Positions 41,063 to 52,012 are shown, counted from the first letter of the stretch. The stretch: DNA of 64,000 nucleotides from Nostoc sp. (GCA_036918135.1 JBALDB010000011.1:96001-160000); one strand, 5' to 3'. Notes: generated from the letters alone by a model not told the origin. A program made the numbers and translations.

Positions 41063-41290
41063 ATGAGTGTACAAGATAAAACTAAACGTATTCAAATAAA
41101 TTTAGATTTATCGCCAGAACTTTATCAGATAATAAGTGATTTGGCACAACAGATGAATGAAGATAATGCTGAAGTGTTGCTAAAAGCAATCGTACTTTTA
41201 GAAGTAGTAGTAGAAGCCAAGCAAAAAGGCAAACATATCTGGATTGCAGACGAAAATCAAAACCTGGAAACTGAAATTACTGGTATCTAA
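41063..41290 (+). CDS. Small CopG/ribbon-helix-helix-like protein
   Basis: RIQINLDLSPELYQIISDLAQ...EVLLKAI pattern. Confidence 0.7.
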   Translation: MSVQDKTKRIQINLDLSPELYQIISDLAQQMNEDNAEVLLKAIVLLEVVVEAKQKGKHIWIADENQNLETEITGI

Positions 41291-41295
41291 ATAGC

Positions 41296-41556
41296 ATGAC
41301 AGATATAAAAAATTTATCAAAAATCATTGCTACTAAAGGTAACAAGCCGCTGATTATATCAATAGTGAATTCACAGATACAAGAAGATGCAGAACTTGAG
41401 CGCCAGCTACGAGAACTCAAGTTTAAACAAGAACTTAGGAAAGATTGGATTTTATTTATTGTTAGGGATGTAGTATTTTTTTCTACTACGATTATTTTTA
41501 TTTTTGCTGTTAGCAGTTATTCGCTTTTTACCCAGATTACAGCTAGTTTTAGGTAA
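41296..41556 (+). CDS. Small membrane protein
   Basis: 86 aa with a C-terminal hydrophobic helix, 5 bp after the RHH gene. Confidence 0.65.
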   Translation: MTDIKNLSKIIATKGNKPLIISIVNSQIQEDAELERQLRELKFKQELRKDWILFIVRDVVFFSTTIIFIFAVSSYSLFTQITASFR

Positions 41557-41778
41557 ACGAACTACATTAGGTTTCATCTTTACCTACAAATTAGATTCTC
41601 AGTAAAGTTGCGTAATTAATTTTACAGACGACGAAGCCAACTTGCTACAAGTAAACTCATTGTCATATCCAGAAAAACTTTGCTGGATATAACAACTATT
41701 TGGATTGGTAAATTTGCTGAGATAAATGCCATCAAAATAGTTGAAATTCTTTTGTGCAAGTTTTATGGATTGAAATTT

Positions 41779-42375
41779 ATGAGTACTATTGGAGTTTTCA
41801 TATTTTCTGTAGCTTTAGTTGCCATTGTTGCTCTGATTCTAATTAATGGCTACAACGATTTAGTAAAGTATCGCAATCGCTACAAAAATGCTTACTCTCA
41901 AATCGATGTTCAGTTACAGCGCCGCTATGATTTAATTCCTAATTTGGTGGAAACTGCCAAGGGATATATGAAACATGAGCGAGAAACTTTAGAAGCTGTG
42001 ATTGCAGCTCGAAATTCTGCGATTGATGCTAACAGTCGCGCCGTACAAAATCCTGGCGATCCCCAAGCGATGCAACAATTGGGTAATGCAGAAGCAGCGC
42101 TGACGGGTGCGTTAAGTCGCTTGATGGTACTTTCAGAATCTTATCCAGAATTGAAAGCCGATCGCACTATGAGTCAAGTGATGGAAGAACTATCTTCTAC
42201 TGAAAACCGGATTGCTTTCGCCCGTCAAGCTTTTAATGATGCGGTGACACTTTACAATACCAAAAGTGAATCTTTTCCCAGCAACCTTGTAGCAAATACT
42301 TTTAATTTTACTGTTGCAGAATTGCTTCTTGAAGCAACTCCGGAAGTGAGAAATGCTCCCCGCGTGTCTTTTTAG
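41779..42375 (+). CDS. lemA: LemA family protein
   Basis: QLQRRYDLIPNLVE, ESYPELKAD and ENRIAFARQAFND. Start at MSTIG (41779). Confidence 0.95.
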   Translation: MSTIGVFIFSVALVAIVALILINGYNDLVKYRNRYKNAYSQIDVQLQRRYDLIPNLVETAKGYMKHERETLEAVIAARNSAIDANSRAVQNPGDPQAMQQLGNAEAALTGALSRLMVLSESYPELKADRTMSQVMEELSSTENRIAFARQAFNDAVTLYNTKSESFPSNLVANTFNFTVAELLLEATPEVRNAPRVSF

Positions 42376-42381
42376 GTGTCT

Positions 42382-44280
42382 ATGAATTTCTTTGAACATC
42401 AGGATCGGGCACGCCAAAATACGCAACAATTAATCGGGCTGTTTTCTTTATCCATCGCAGTCATGATTGTGGCGATTTACATTGCTACTTTATTTCTGTT
42501 TCGCATGGCTCCTCGTATTTGGTGGCATTCAGGATTATTTCTCTATGTGGCGGGAATTACAATAATTGCGATCGCTTTAGGAAGTCTTTATAAAATTGCC
42601 TATCTCCGTGAAGGAGGAAGTGTAATTGCCCAGGAGTTGGGCGGGAGACTCCTACTACCAGAAACCGCCGACGAACAAGGACGACAATTATTAAATATTG
42701 TAGAGGAAATGGCGATCGCTTCTGGTATTTCTGTGCCAGAAGTTTATCTTCTCGACAGAGAAACCAGCATTAATGCTTTTGCTGCAGGGTTTACGCCCAA
42801 TGATGCTGTAATTGGAGTTACCCGTGGAACTTTACAGCACCTGAACCGGGACGAACTACAAGGAGTCATCGGCCATGAATTCAGTCATATTCTCAATGGT
42901 GATATGGGGCTGAATTTGCGTTTAGTAGGATTGCTGCATGGGATTTTGTTCATTTTTTTAACTGGCGAGTTATTGTTGCGGCTTCGTGCTGGTTCCCGCG
43001 AAGATAAGGGTTTGCCTTTATGGGCTTTTGGTTTAGCACTGATGGCAATTGGCGGTATCGGCTTATTTTGCGGACGTTTGATTAAAGCCGCAGTTTCTCG
43101 CCAACGAGAATTTCTTGCTGATGCCTCAGCTGTACAGTTCACTCGCAACCCCAATGGACTTACTGGAGTCTTCCAAAAACTCCAACAGATGGATTCACGT
43201 TTGATTTCGCCGGGTGCAGAAGCCGCCAGTCACATGTTTTTTGGCAATGCGCTCAATCCTTATTTTTGGGACAGCATGTTTTCTACCCACCCACCTTTAG
43301 CAGAACGTATCCGCCGCATTGGGGGTGTGAACGTTAGTAATTTACGTCCTATCCGCAATCACACCCGTTCCCAGAAGTCTCTAACAATGGGCTTTGCTAG
43401 TGCTGCCAACGCCACCCCAGAACAAGTAGTCAATCAAGTGGGAACCGTTGCACCAGAGCATTTTGCCCACGCTCAAGCACTGTTGTCGCAGTTGCCAGAA
43501 TCCCTACGCTTGGCTGTGCGACAGCAGGAAAGTGCAATGGCGATCGCTTTTGCGCTAGCGTTAGATACGGAAAATAGCGAAATCCAAAAACGTCAAATTG
43601 CTTGGTTAGGCGAAGTGCAGCCTGGTGATTTAGTAGAAAAAACCCTGGAATTGAGTAGCGAAATTAGCCAGTTAGATCCCAGCATTCGCTTACCACTTGT
43701 AGATTTGACAGTACCCGCATTGCGTCAAAATTCCCCTAAAGAATGCCAAAGGCTCTGCAAATGCGTCCACGGTTTAGTGAAAGCCAAGGGCAGTTTATCA
43801 CTGTGGGATTTTGTGTTGCAGTTAATACTATGGCATCGTCTCCAACCTTGTATCAATCCTACAGCGGTGACAACTGTAGAATTCACCACCATCGAACAGA
43901 TTTGGCCAGATAGCATATTAATACTATCGGCACTCGCACGCCTTGGCCATTCCCAACCCGATGCCATCGCCTATGCTTTTCGTTCTGGAGTTTTTCGACT
44001 TCCCAAAGCCGGAGAACAAGAAAAACCAGACACACCAGTTGCTTGTAATTTTTCTGATATTAAGAAAAGTATCGAACGCCTTCAGCTTGCCAGTCCCAAA
44101 CTCAAGCAAGCTATTATTGATGCCTGTGCCCACACAGTACTCTTGGATAACAAAGTTACTCCAACAGAAGCAGATTTATTAAGAGCGATCGCCATCACAT
44201 TAGACTGTCCCATCCCGCCATTTTTAAATCCTCAACGTGGCGTTTCAAAACAGAAACAATCTTCTCCAAAGGTTAGTTAA
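42382..44280 (+). CDS. M48 family (HtpX-like) membrane zinc metalloprotease with a C-terminal extension
   Basis: INAFAAG, HEFSH, SRQREFLADA and STHPPLAERI. Confidence 0.93.
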   Translation: MNFFEHQDRARQNTQQLIGLFSLSIAVMIVAIYIATLFLFRMAPRIWWHSGLFLYVAGITIIAIALGSLYKIAYLREGGSVIAQELGGRLLLPETADEQGRQLLNIVEEMAIASGISVPEVYLLDRETSINAFAAGFTPNDAVIGVTRGTLQHLNRDELQGVIGHEFSHILNGDMGLNLRLVGLLHGILFIFLTGELLLRLRAGSREDKGLPLWAFGLALMAIGGIGLFCGRLIKAAVSRQREFLADASAVQFTRNPNGLTGVFQKLQQMDSRLISPGAEAASHMFFGNALNPYFWDSMFSTHPPLAERIRRIGGVNVSNLRPIRNHTRSQKSLTMGFASAANATPEQVVNQVGTVAPEHFAHAQALLSQLPESLRLAVRQQESAMAIAFALALDTENSEIQKRQIAWLGEVQPGDLVEKTLELSSEISQLDPSIRLPLVDLTVPALRQNSPKECQRLCKCVHGLVKAKGSLSLWDFVLQLILWHRLQPCINPTAVTTVEFTTIEQIWPDSILILSALARLGHSQPDAIAYAFRSGVFRLPKAGEQEKPDTPVACNFSDIKKSIERLQLASPKLKQAIIDACAHTVLLDNKVTPTEADLLRAIAITLDCPIPPFLNPQRGVSKQKQSSPKVS

Positions 44281-44540
44281 AGCACAATTTATTTCTTTAG
44301 TTATCTGCTAAAAGAGTATCATATTGTACAATAAAATCCTGAGTTATCTATAAGTATTAATTTACTTAAAAACTTTGGACAAAATACCTATTTATTTAGC
44401 ATTTTAGAAATTTGATTGCTATAGTAGATCTCAGCGCTTTTCAGGTAATTGAACTACACTACTCCCCATTACCTCTGTTATTTGTGGTTTAAATACCTGA
44501 AAACTGCTGTAAATAACTATTCGGCAAGGATTTTAAAACT

Positions 44541-45260
44541 GTGCGGGATGATTTACAGGACTTGGAAATTAGTCAGAATGAACTGCAAAAGCTGACAAGT
44601 TTACCTGTCAATGAAAAACTTTTAATTATTACTAATATTTTCCTAAAGTTCGGAAAGATATATATACAAAAAATTAAGGGTTCCGAAGGAGCAACAGTCA
44701 TCTTTATTGGATTTTCTACATTTATTTTTAGCTATATTTTACTAGATTTAGTTTTGAAGATATTTGTTTCGTGGCTAACAATTCCATCCTGGATATTCTT
44801 GATTATCTTAGGTTTTTGGTTTGGCGGAATGACGCAAACTATCTTATATATGTTATGGAAAAGTAGAAATAAATTTGTCAAATTAAATATGACTAATTCT
44901 CTAAAAATTTTGTTAAATGATGTTAATAGATATAATGCTGTTATTAGAGCAATAGATATTAATGACCAAATAGAAGAAGCCGGTAATCCAGAAGTGGTTA
45001 TAAAGGAAAGAGAAAGTGTGGTTGCAGCGCTTAAACTCACAAAGGCTGACCTTGTTCGCGCTTTGAAGACGGAAAGGATTTTGAGGGAGAATAAGAACTT
45101 TATCCTCAGTAATACAGAACTATTTGCTAACAATTTAGCAACCTTAGCAGCGATGCAAGTACACGAACAGGCTACGGAGCATGGAAGATTACTCAATGAA
45201 GCATTACAAATTGCACTCGACGTACAGCACGAAATGAAAAAATTACAGAGTCAGCGTTAA
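44541..45260 (+). CDS. Hypothetical two-TM membrane protein
   Basis: 239-aa ORF with two TM helices and a coiled-coil C-terminus; AAGGA upstream of the GTG. Confidence 0.75.
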   Translation: MRDDLQDLEISQNELQKLTSLPVNEKLLIITNIFLKFGKIYIQKIKGSEGATVIFIGFSTFIFSYILLDLVLKIFVSWLTIPSWIFLIILGFWFGGMTQTILYMLWKSRNKFVKLNMTNSLKILLNDVNRYNAVIRAIDINDQIEEAGNPEVVIKERESVVAALKLTKADLVRALKTERILRENKNFILSNTELFANNLATLAAMQVHEQATEHGRLLNEALQIALDVQHEMKKLQSQR

Positions 45261-45412
45261 AAACAAGCTAGTAGGGTGTGTTACTACTAAGAGTAGGAGA
45301 CGCTGTTGCGGGCTAAAGCGCAAATATGCTTAATGGCTTTTCCATAATCCTTCCCAGGACTGCGATCCCCGGTCTAACATAAATAATATTAATGAAGCGA
45401 TCGCTTATCCAC

Positions 45413-46180
45413 ATGGACTGGAAAGAAGTTAGAGGTAACTGGGTAATCATCCCCCAAAATCCCATAGGTATCATCCATTTTTTAGGAGGTGCTTTCGTCG
45501 CGACTGCACCCCACCTGACTTATCGCTGGCTATTAGAACAACTGGCAAGTAAAGGTTACGTTGTAATTGCTACACCTTTCGTCAATACCTTGGATCATAC
45601 TGCGATCGCCAAATCCGTGCTGCTCGACTTTGACCGCACTCTCGAACGCCTACATGATTCTGGGGCATTACGCAAGCTTTACTTCCCAATTTACGGCATT
45701 GGACACAGTATGGGCTGTAAACTTCATTTATTAATTGGTAGCCTCTTTAAAGTTGAACGTGCAGGTAATATTTTAATATCCTTCAACAACTACGCTGCTA
45801 AAGAAGCTATTCCTCTAGTAGAACAATTCAATTATACTTTTGCGATCGAGTTTACCCCCTCGCCATTAGAAACTAATAGACTTGTCCAAGAGCAATACAA
45901 TATCCGGCGTAATTTATTAATAAAATTTAGCAATGATACCATTGACCAATCGGCAGCTTTAAGCAAAATCTTGCAAGAACGCTTTGCTGAGATGGTGACA
46001 GCACAAACTTTAACAGGAACTCACACAACGCCTCTAGGGCAAGACATCAAATGGCAAACTGGAGTATCTTTCACTCCCTTTGATGCTTTAGGGCAATGGT
46101 TTAAGCAAGAAGCATACCGTGACTTAAATCAGCTAAAAAACACTATTCTCTTGTGGCTGAATCCGCTTGCACCTCCATAA
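45413..46180 (+). CDS. DUF1350 family alpha/beta hydrolase-like protein
   Basis: HFLGGAFV, GHSMG and GTHTTP. Confidence 0.85.
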   Translation: MDWKEVRGNWVIIPQNPIGIIHFLGGAFVATAPHLTYRWLLEQLASKGYVVIATPFVNTLDHTAIAKSVLLDFDRTLERLHDSGALRKLYFPIYGIGHSMGCKLHLLIGSLFKVERAGNILISFNNYAAKEAIPLVEQFNYTFAIEFTPSPLETNRLVQEQYNIRRNLLIKFSNDTIDQSAALSKILQERFAEMVTAQTLTGTHTTPLGQDIKWQTGVSFTPFDALGQWFKQEAYRDLNQLKNTILLWLNPLAPP

Positions 46181-46230
46181 TCTTTTGTGAGTGTCAAAAA
46201 GTTATGAATTCGACGGATAACTCAAAATAT

Positions 46231-46262
46231 GTTAGTAGTATTAGTGTAATAATACTACTAAC
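46231..46262 (+). terminator. Stem-loop after the DUF1350 gene
   Basis: GTTAGTAGTATT...AATACTACTAAC, 12-bp perfect arms. Confidence 0.55.
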
Positions 46263-46483
46263 ATATTATTTAATTTTTCTCATAATATTACCTATCTTTT
46301 AATTTACGTTTTTAGCGATGGCAGTCGCGGATTTTAGAGAATAAAAACACCGTAGTGCCTGTTTTTTAGAGTCAGTTAAAAAATCTAGGTATTCTTTGAG
46401 TTTAAAGAAAGTACTCTATATTATATTTTATTTTTCTATATTTATAGTAAACAAATTATTAATTAGTAGTTTCTGTAAATTCT

Positions 46484-47620
46484 ATGTATCAAATACTAAT
46501 AATTGATGACGACTATTCAATAAAAATACTCCTAAAAAGGATGTTGGAAAAACAGGGGTATGAGGTAATTGCTGCTAGTAGTGGCGAGGAAGGAATAGAA
46601 AAAGCGCTGGCTCACCATCCAGCACTGATTATTTGTGATTGGATTATGCCAGGGTTGAATGGTTTGGAAGTCTGTCACCGCATTAAAACAGACCCAAAAT
46701 TCTCCACTACATTCTTTATTTTATTAACATCCTTAGATTCCGTTGCCGATTGCGTTAAAGGACTAGATGCTGGTGCTGATGATTTTATCTCCAAACCTAT
46801 TGAGCATAATGAATTACAAGCACGGGTAAGAGCAGGATTACGCCTGCATCAATTGAGTAGAGATTTACAGACTCAAAAATTGCTTTTAGAATCAGAAATG
46901 TCAGAAGCCGCAGAATATGTGCGATCGCTCCTGCCTTTCCCGATGATTGAACCCTTAAACATTAATTTTCGATTCATTCCCTCAAGACAACTTGGTGGTG
47001 ACTGTTTCGATTATTACTGGCTTGATACTAATTATTTGGCAATTTATTTGTTAGATACTGCTGGACACGGACTTAAAGCTACTCTTCCTTCTGTTTCAGT
47101 GATGAATTTGCTTCGTTCCCGGGCCCTCAAAAGTCTGAATTACTATCAACCGAGTGATGTCTTAAAAGCTTTGAATGATACTTTTCAGATGAATTATCAA
47201 AACGACAAATACTTTACGATCTGGTACGGAGTTTATAACCGACTCAATCGCCAGTTAATTTATGCTAGCGCAGGTCATCCACCAGCTATTTTAATCACCG
47301 GCGCATCTCCCAGAAAAGCTGAAGTTAAGCTTTTGAAAACTCCCGGTATGCCAGTTGGAATGTTTCCAGAAGCAAAATATATTGATGGGTTTTGCAATGT
47401 TGAAAAATTCAGTAGTCTTTATATTTTTAGTGATGGTGCTTATGAAATCGCTAAATCAGATGGTACACTTTGGAGTTTAGATGCTTTTATTCAGCTACTA
47501 GTTAGCTTACAAAATTCTGTTGACAGCCAACTCGAACAGGTACTAAGTTATTTAATAGCCCTCAACTCCAAAGATGGTTTTGATGATGATTTATCTATAT
47601 TACAAATGAAATTTGATTAA
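46484..47620 (+). CDS. Response regulator receiver plus SpoIIE/PP2C phosphatase (RsbU/RsbP-like)
   Basis: CDWIMP, GGDCFD, DTAGHG, SAGHPP, FSDG and DDLS. Confidence 0.93.
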   Translation: MYQILIIDDDYSIKILLKRMLEKQGYEVIAASSGEEGIEKALAHHPALIICDWIMPGLNGLEVCHRIKTDPKFSTTFFILLTSLDSVADCVKGLDAGADDFISKPIEHNELQARVRAGLRLHQLSRDLQTQKLLLESEMSEAAEYVRSLLPFPMIEPLNINFRFIPSRQLGGDCFDYYWLDTNYLAIYLLDTAGHGLKATLPSVSVMNLLRSRALKSLNYYQPSDVLKALNDTFQMNYQNDKYFTIWYGVYNRLNRQLIYASAGHPPAILITGASPRKAEVKLLKTPGMPVGMFPEAKYIDGFCNVEKFSSLYIFSDGAYEIAKSDGTLWSLDAFIQLLVSLQNSVDSQLEQVLSYLIALNSKDGFDDDLSILQMKFD

Positions 47621-47947
47621 TCAAGTTTTGGAGAGTAAAATCCGATTAAATGCTTCTTGGCTGGGAAATATTTCAAATATTTTATCCATATTAGTCAGCT
47701 CAAATAATATTCTAACTTGCTCATTAATAGAACAAATAACAAGTTGAATATCTGCCGCCCTCAATGTTTTGAAAGCTAATACTAAAGCTCCTAAACCTGA
47801 ACTATCCATAAAAGTTACATCTTGAAAATCAAGTAAGACAATTTTGACACCAAGCTCAAGAATTTTAGTAATACTTTGTCTAAATTCTTGTGAAGTTGTG
47901 GCGTTGAGATTTCCACTAAGTTTAATAACTTTGACTTGCTCTTTCAT
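47621..47947 (-). CDS. STAS-domain anti-sigma factor antagonist (RsbV/SpoIIAA-like)
   Basis: VTFMDSSGLGALV. Confidence 0.93.
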   Translation of the reverse strand: MKEQVKVIKLSGNLNATTSQEFRQSITKILELGVKIVLLDFQDVTFMDSSGLGALVLAFKTLRAADIQLVICSINEQVRILFELTNMDKIFEIFPSQEAFNRILLSKT

Positions 47948-48184
47948 AATTATTTCATGCTGAGTTGTGTAAATGTTGTTCTGATTTTGCTATTATATAC
48001 CGTTAAAATAAAATTTTAAAATGCTGAAAATAGAATTCTATTTCGTTCGATTGTTCATTATTTGGAATTCATAGCTCAGACTTCGATAAATATTTACTAT
48101 TGATTCTTGATTAATGAAAAGCTACGCTCGCTTTTGTAATTTATCAAACAATATTATCAAAATTATTTAAATTAACATCATTTA

Positions 48185-48286
48185 TATAGCAATCCTATTT
48201 GAGTTATGAAATTAGCAATGGAGGCAGGTAAGAGAAAATAAGCACTCCGATCAAAGATTTTTCATCAATGATTTAAGATTGCTATA
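48185..48286. mobile_element. MITE-like element with TATAGCAATC/GATTGCTATA ends
   Basis: Inverted ends, with a related element at 61813-61999. Confidence 0.55.
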
Positions 48287-48557
48287 ATTAAGATAATTAT
48301 ACAATAAATATATCTCATTAATTGTTGAGTTATTTTATACAACTTCTGTTTATCTTTTTAAAAAATAACAATTGTTTAATATTGTTTATTATCTTTAGGC
48401 TACCTATAAAGATAGCTTTATATATAAAATAATATCTATTTATGTATGTTTATATACTTAAACTATAAAGTTTATTAATTAAATCTTAAAGTTTTAGTTA
48501 AAGCTCTACTAAAGTGGAACCTATTAATTAAATCTTTTCAAGTATCTAGTTAATTAT

Positions 48558-50051
48558 TTAGTTTTGAATTAGAGGAATAGTAATCATAAATTCAGCCCCG
48601 CTTCCTAGCTGCGAAATACATTCCAACCTACCACCATGTTTTTGTGAAATAATTTGATAGCTAATAGACAACCCCATACCAGTACCTTTACCAATAGGCT
48701 TAGTACTAAAGAAGGGATCAAAAAGTCGCTGTTTCACTTCTTTCGGTATTCCTAATCCATTATCAGCAATACTAATCATTACTTGATTTGGTTCTAGTAG
48801 TTGAGTACGAATCCGAATCTGGGGAGAAGTCATTTGTCCTTGGTTACTTGTCATTTTTGATTCCTTTGATGCTAAAATGACAAATGACTCTTCAATTGCA
48901 TCAATCGCATTTACTAAAATATTCATAAATACCTGATTTAGTTGCCCAGCATAACACTCTACCAAAGGTAAGTTATCGTATTCTTTAATAACTTGAATGG
49001 CAGGGCGGTCAGGTCTATCCTTAATACGATGTTCTAGAATCATTAGAGTACTATCGATTCCCTGATGAATATCTACCTCTTTCATATCAGCTTCATCCAT
49101 GCGGGAGAAATTGCGTAAAGATAAAACAATCTCTCGAATTCGCTGTGCCCCAATTTGCATCGAGTTGAGCAGTTTAGGCAAGTCTTGGATCGCAAACTCT
49201 AGGTCTATCTCTGCTGCTAATTCTTCAAGTTGAAGTATTGGATGAGGATACAGTTGTTGGTAGAGTTGTACAAATCGTATTAAGTCTTGGATGTAATCGT
49301 TAGCGTGAGTGAGATTCCCGTAAATGAAGTTAACAGGATTATTGATTTCATGGGCAACACCTGCCACCAATTGTCCTAAACTAGACATCTTCTCACTTTG
49401 GACAAGCTGCATTTGAGTTTGCTGGAGTTCATTGAGGGCTTTTTCTAAGTCTTGTGCCTGCTGCTTTAACTGAGTTTCTGCCCGGATACGCTCAGTGATC
49501 TGAAGTGTTGTTCCTACCAATCGATAAATTCTACCTTCACTGTCTTTGAGTGGATTAATCGTAGTTAGCGACCAAGTTTCTTCACCTTGAAAAGTCAGAC
49601 ATTCTTCGTAGGTAATAGGTCTACCTAATTCCACACAACTTATATATCTCTGACGAACTGTTGCCCCGCCCACTGCACCAAGCACATCTTCTGGTGTTTT
49701 ACCAATTACCTCTGTACTGCTTAGACGACTAGCACGTTCTGTAGCTAGGTTCCAACCTGTGAAGCGAAAGTCACCATCTTCTTGAACATCTACTACAAAT
49801 ATCAGATGTTCAGAGCCATTATAGACAGTCTGGAGAAATTGCTCTTTCTGTTGCAGTTGGGCTTGCTGTCGTTGGTATTCGACAATCTTAGCCTGTAGTG
49901 CCTCGTTCTTTGTTAACAGTTCTTTAGTTCGCTCTTGTACCTGTCTTTCCAGTTCTGCATCAGCTTGCTGGAGTGTCTGTTGATGTCTGGCACAGTAGCT
50001 AGCTTCTGATAGCTGATTGCAGGACTCATTTATTTCGTTGTCCTTTTGCAT
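48558..50051 (-). CDS. PAS-domain sensor histidine kinase
   Basis: PAS domain, VAHEINNP H-box, NQVFMNILVNA and GKGTGMGL. Start at MQKDN (50051). Confidence 0.93.
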   Translation of the reverse strand: MQKDNEINESCNQLSEASYCARHQQTLQQADAELERQVQERTKELLTKNEALQAKIVEYQRQQAQLQQKEQFLQTVYNGSEHLIFVVDVQEDGDFRFTGWNLATERASRLSSTEVIGKTPEDVLGAVGGATVRQRYISCVELGRPITYEECLTFQGEETWSLTTINPLKDSEGRIYRLVGTTLQITERIRAETQLKQQAQDLEKALNELQQTQMQLVQSEKMSSLGQLVAGVAHEINNPVNFIYGNLTHANDYIQDLIRFVQLYQQLYPHPILQLEELAAEIDLEFAIQDLPKLLNSMQIGAQRIREIVLSLRNFSRMDEADMKEVDIHQGIDSTLMILEHRIKDRPDRPAIQVIKEYDNLPLVECYAGQLNQVFMNILVNAIDAIEESFVILASKESKMTSNQGQMTSPQIRIRTQLLEPNQVMISIADNGLGIPKEVKQRLFDPFFSTKPIGKGTGMGLSISYQIISQKHGGRLECISQLGSGAEFMITIPLIQN

Positions 50052-50234
50052 ACCTAAGTCCTGTTCGTAACTGAAGTTTAGACGCACCTTCGCTCTCAAA
50101 GAAGTTCTTTGATAGCGAAAGTGCTGTTTTAGTATTCCCTATGTCTGTTATTTTTCAACAGACAATACTAAAAGTGAGAAGTTGTGATTTATAACTTCTT
50201 ACTCTTCCCACCCCTGCCATACTCCCAATCCTTT

Positions 50235-50888
50235 TTACACAGGACTGACTTTAGCTCTATAAAGCAGCTTGTCACCTTGAAAGTAACCAGTGTAACGCAC
50301 CTTCACTATTTCTCCAGATTGTGCGGTTCCCTCCATCAATTGGTGCAGTTGGGGATCGTAGGGTACTTCTGCTCCCACAGATGCGATCGCTTCTACTCCC
50401 CACCCTTGTAAAAGTTTTTCTAAAGGTTTGGCTACCAACGGCACTATTTTGACTGCTGCTAGCTGGGGATTTTCCTGAGCCTTTTGTGCTGCTGTCGGCC
50501 ATTGCAACAACAAAGACTCCAGCAGTTGTAAAGTTGACTGCTGGAGTTCTTGTAGTAATGTTTCTCGCTGCTGTTCTATTTGAAGTTGCAAGCGATCGTA
50601 CTCTATTTTTAAATTTGCAATTTCTTGTAATAATTCTTGATTATTTGCTGCCGTATCTTGTAATAATTCTACACTTGAAAAAGTTGTAATTAATTCACTC
50701 AATGATATCTGTAGCACTGGCGACAGCTTCAGCAGCACATCTAACCGCATCTGCTCTAGCCTTCCTTGGCGTAACCGCAAAAGTTGATGCTTAGAGACAC
50801 CAGCAGTACGACTCAGAGCTTTAAAACTAGAAATACCCACTCGCTGCATTAAATTTTGTAACTTTTGGGTGAAATCAATATTGGGCAT
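50235..50888 (-). CDS. XRE-type HTH fused to a GrpE-like C-terminal domain
   Basis: SFKALSRTAGVSKHQL HTH, coiled coil and YDPQLHQ...GYFQGDKLLYRAKV. Start at MPNID (50888). Confidence 0.8.
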   Translation of the reverse strand: MPNIDFTQKLQNLMQRVGISSFKALSRTAGVSKHQLLRLRQGRLEQMRLDVLLKLSPVLQISLSELITTFSSVELLQDTAANNQELLQEIANLKIEYDRLQLQIEQQRETLLQELQQSTLQLLESLLLQWPTAAQKAQENPQLAAVKIVPLVAKPLEKLLQGWGVEAIASVGAEVPYDPQLHQLMEGTAQSGEIVKVRYTGYFQGDKLLYRAKVSPV

Positions 50889-51068
50889 GGGGTATGGGAG
50901 ATTGGGAGTGTGGGAGATTGGGAGTGTGGGAGGTTTTAGAGGTGTGGGAGGATGGAGAAGAAATCTTTCCCCCCTCTCTCCCCACACTCCCCCATCCCCC
51001 TCATCTCCCTATTTCCCTTGCTCTTCCATCTTCCCATGCCCTATTCCCTATGCCCCATACCCTATTCC
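50881..51068. repeat. Inverted STRR-like arrays between dps and the HTH-GrpE gene
   Basis: G-rich tgggag repeats facing C-rich ccccat/ccctat repeats. Confidence 0.75.
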
Positions 51069-51559
51069 TATTCTTCCAGCAAACTTCTCAACATCCAAGC
51101 TGTCTTTTCGTGTACTTGCATCCGCTGAGTCAATAAATCAGCGGTAGGTTCGTCGTTAACTTCGTCCACTACGGGGAAAACAGACCGTGCAGTTCTGACT
51201 ACGGCTTCTTGTCCCTCCACTAGTAACCCGATCATTTCCACAGCTTTAGGAACTCCGGGAGTTTCTGGGATCGAACTTAATTTGGCATATTCGCTGTAGG
51301 TTCCTGGTGCAGGATAGCCAAGCGCTCTAATTCTCTCGGCAATTAAATCAACTGCTAACGCTAATTCTGTATACTGGGTCTCAAACATCAGGTGCAGCGT
51401 TTGGAACATCGGCCCAGTCACATTCCAATGGAAATTATGAGTTTTCAGATACAGTGTGTAGGTGTCAGCCAATAACCGAGATAATCCCTCGGCGATTTTT
51501 GCCCTACTCGCATCGTCAATGCCGATATTTAAGTTTTTAACTGTTACTTGTGATGACAT
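51068..51559 (-). CDS. dps: Dps family DNA-binding ferritin-like protein
   Basis: [28 protein letters not shown] and HEKTAWML. Confidence 0.97.
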   Translation of the reverse strand: MSSQVTVKNLNIGIDDASRAKIAEGLSRLLADTYTLYLKTHNFHWNVTGPMFQTLHLMFETQYTELALAVDLIAERIRALGYPAPGTYSEYAKLSSIPETPGVPKAVEMIGLLVEGQEAVVRTARSVFPVVDEVNDEPTADLLTQRMQVHEKTAWMLRSLLEE

Positions 51560-51706
51560 AATTTTCTCCTAATTAGGTTATATGTAATTGGGGACTGGGA
51601 ATTGGAGACTAAGGATTGACCAAACAGGGCATGGGGCAAATAGTGAGTGTAGGAAGGGTACGAGGGATAGGAAGCTTTTTTATCATCTCCCGACACTCCT
51701 TAGTGT

Positions 51707-51970
51707 CTATGCCAAGTGCATCTTCAAAACGCTACGGGGTGCTTTACGGACTCTGGCTAAAACGGTTTCTTTGCCTAAACGCTGGCAAGCTTCATACCGA
51801 TGACAACCAGAAAAGCCATAATATTGTCCATCTACTTCTAAAACATCTATCGGTTCTTGCTGCCCAATCTCCGCAATCGATTCCATTAAAGCTTGTACTT
51901 TATTTGGATCGTTTACACGGGGCAACGGGCGTCTAATCTGATTTAATGGAATTTCTTGGACTTTAACCAT
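51707..51970 (-). CDS. srxA: Sulfiredoxin
   Basis: FSGCHRYEA catalytic motif, 87 aa. Confidence 0.93.
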   Translation of the reverse strand: MVKVQEIPLNQIRRPLPRVNDPNKVQALMESIAEIGQQEPIDVLEVDGQYYGFSGCHRYEACQRLGKETVLARVRKAPRSVLKMHLA

Positions 51971-52012
51971 AAGGAGTTTATCGACTAGTTCTGTTTTATG
52001 CCTCTAGATAAA

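Noticed and set aside
50869..51147. Plus-strand ORFs rich in G/W/P
   Set aside because: Artefacts of STRR-like repeats antisense to real genes.
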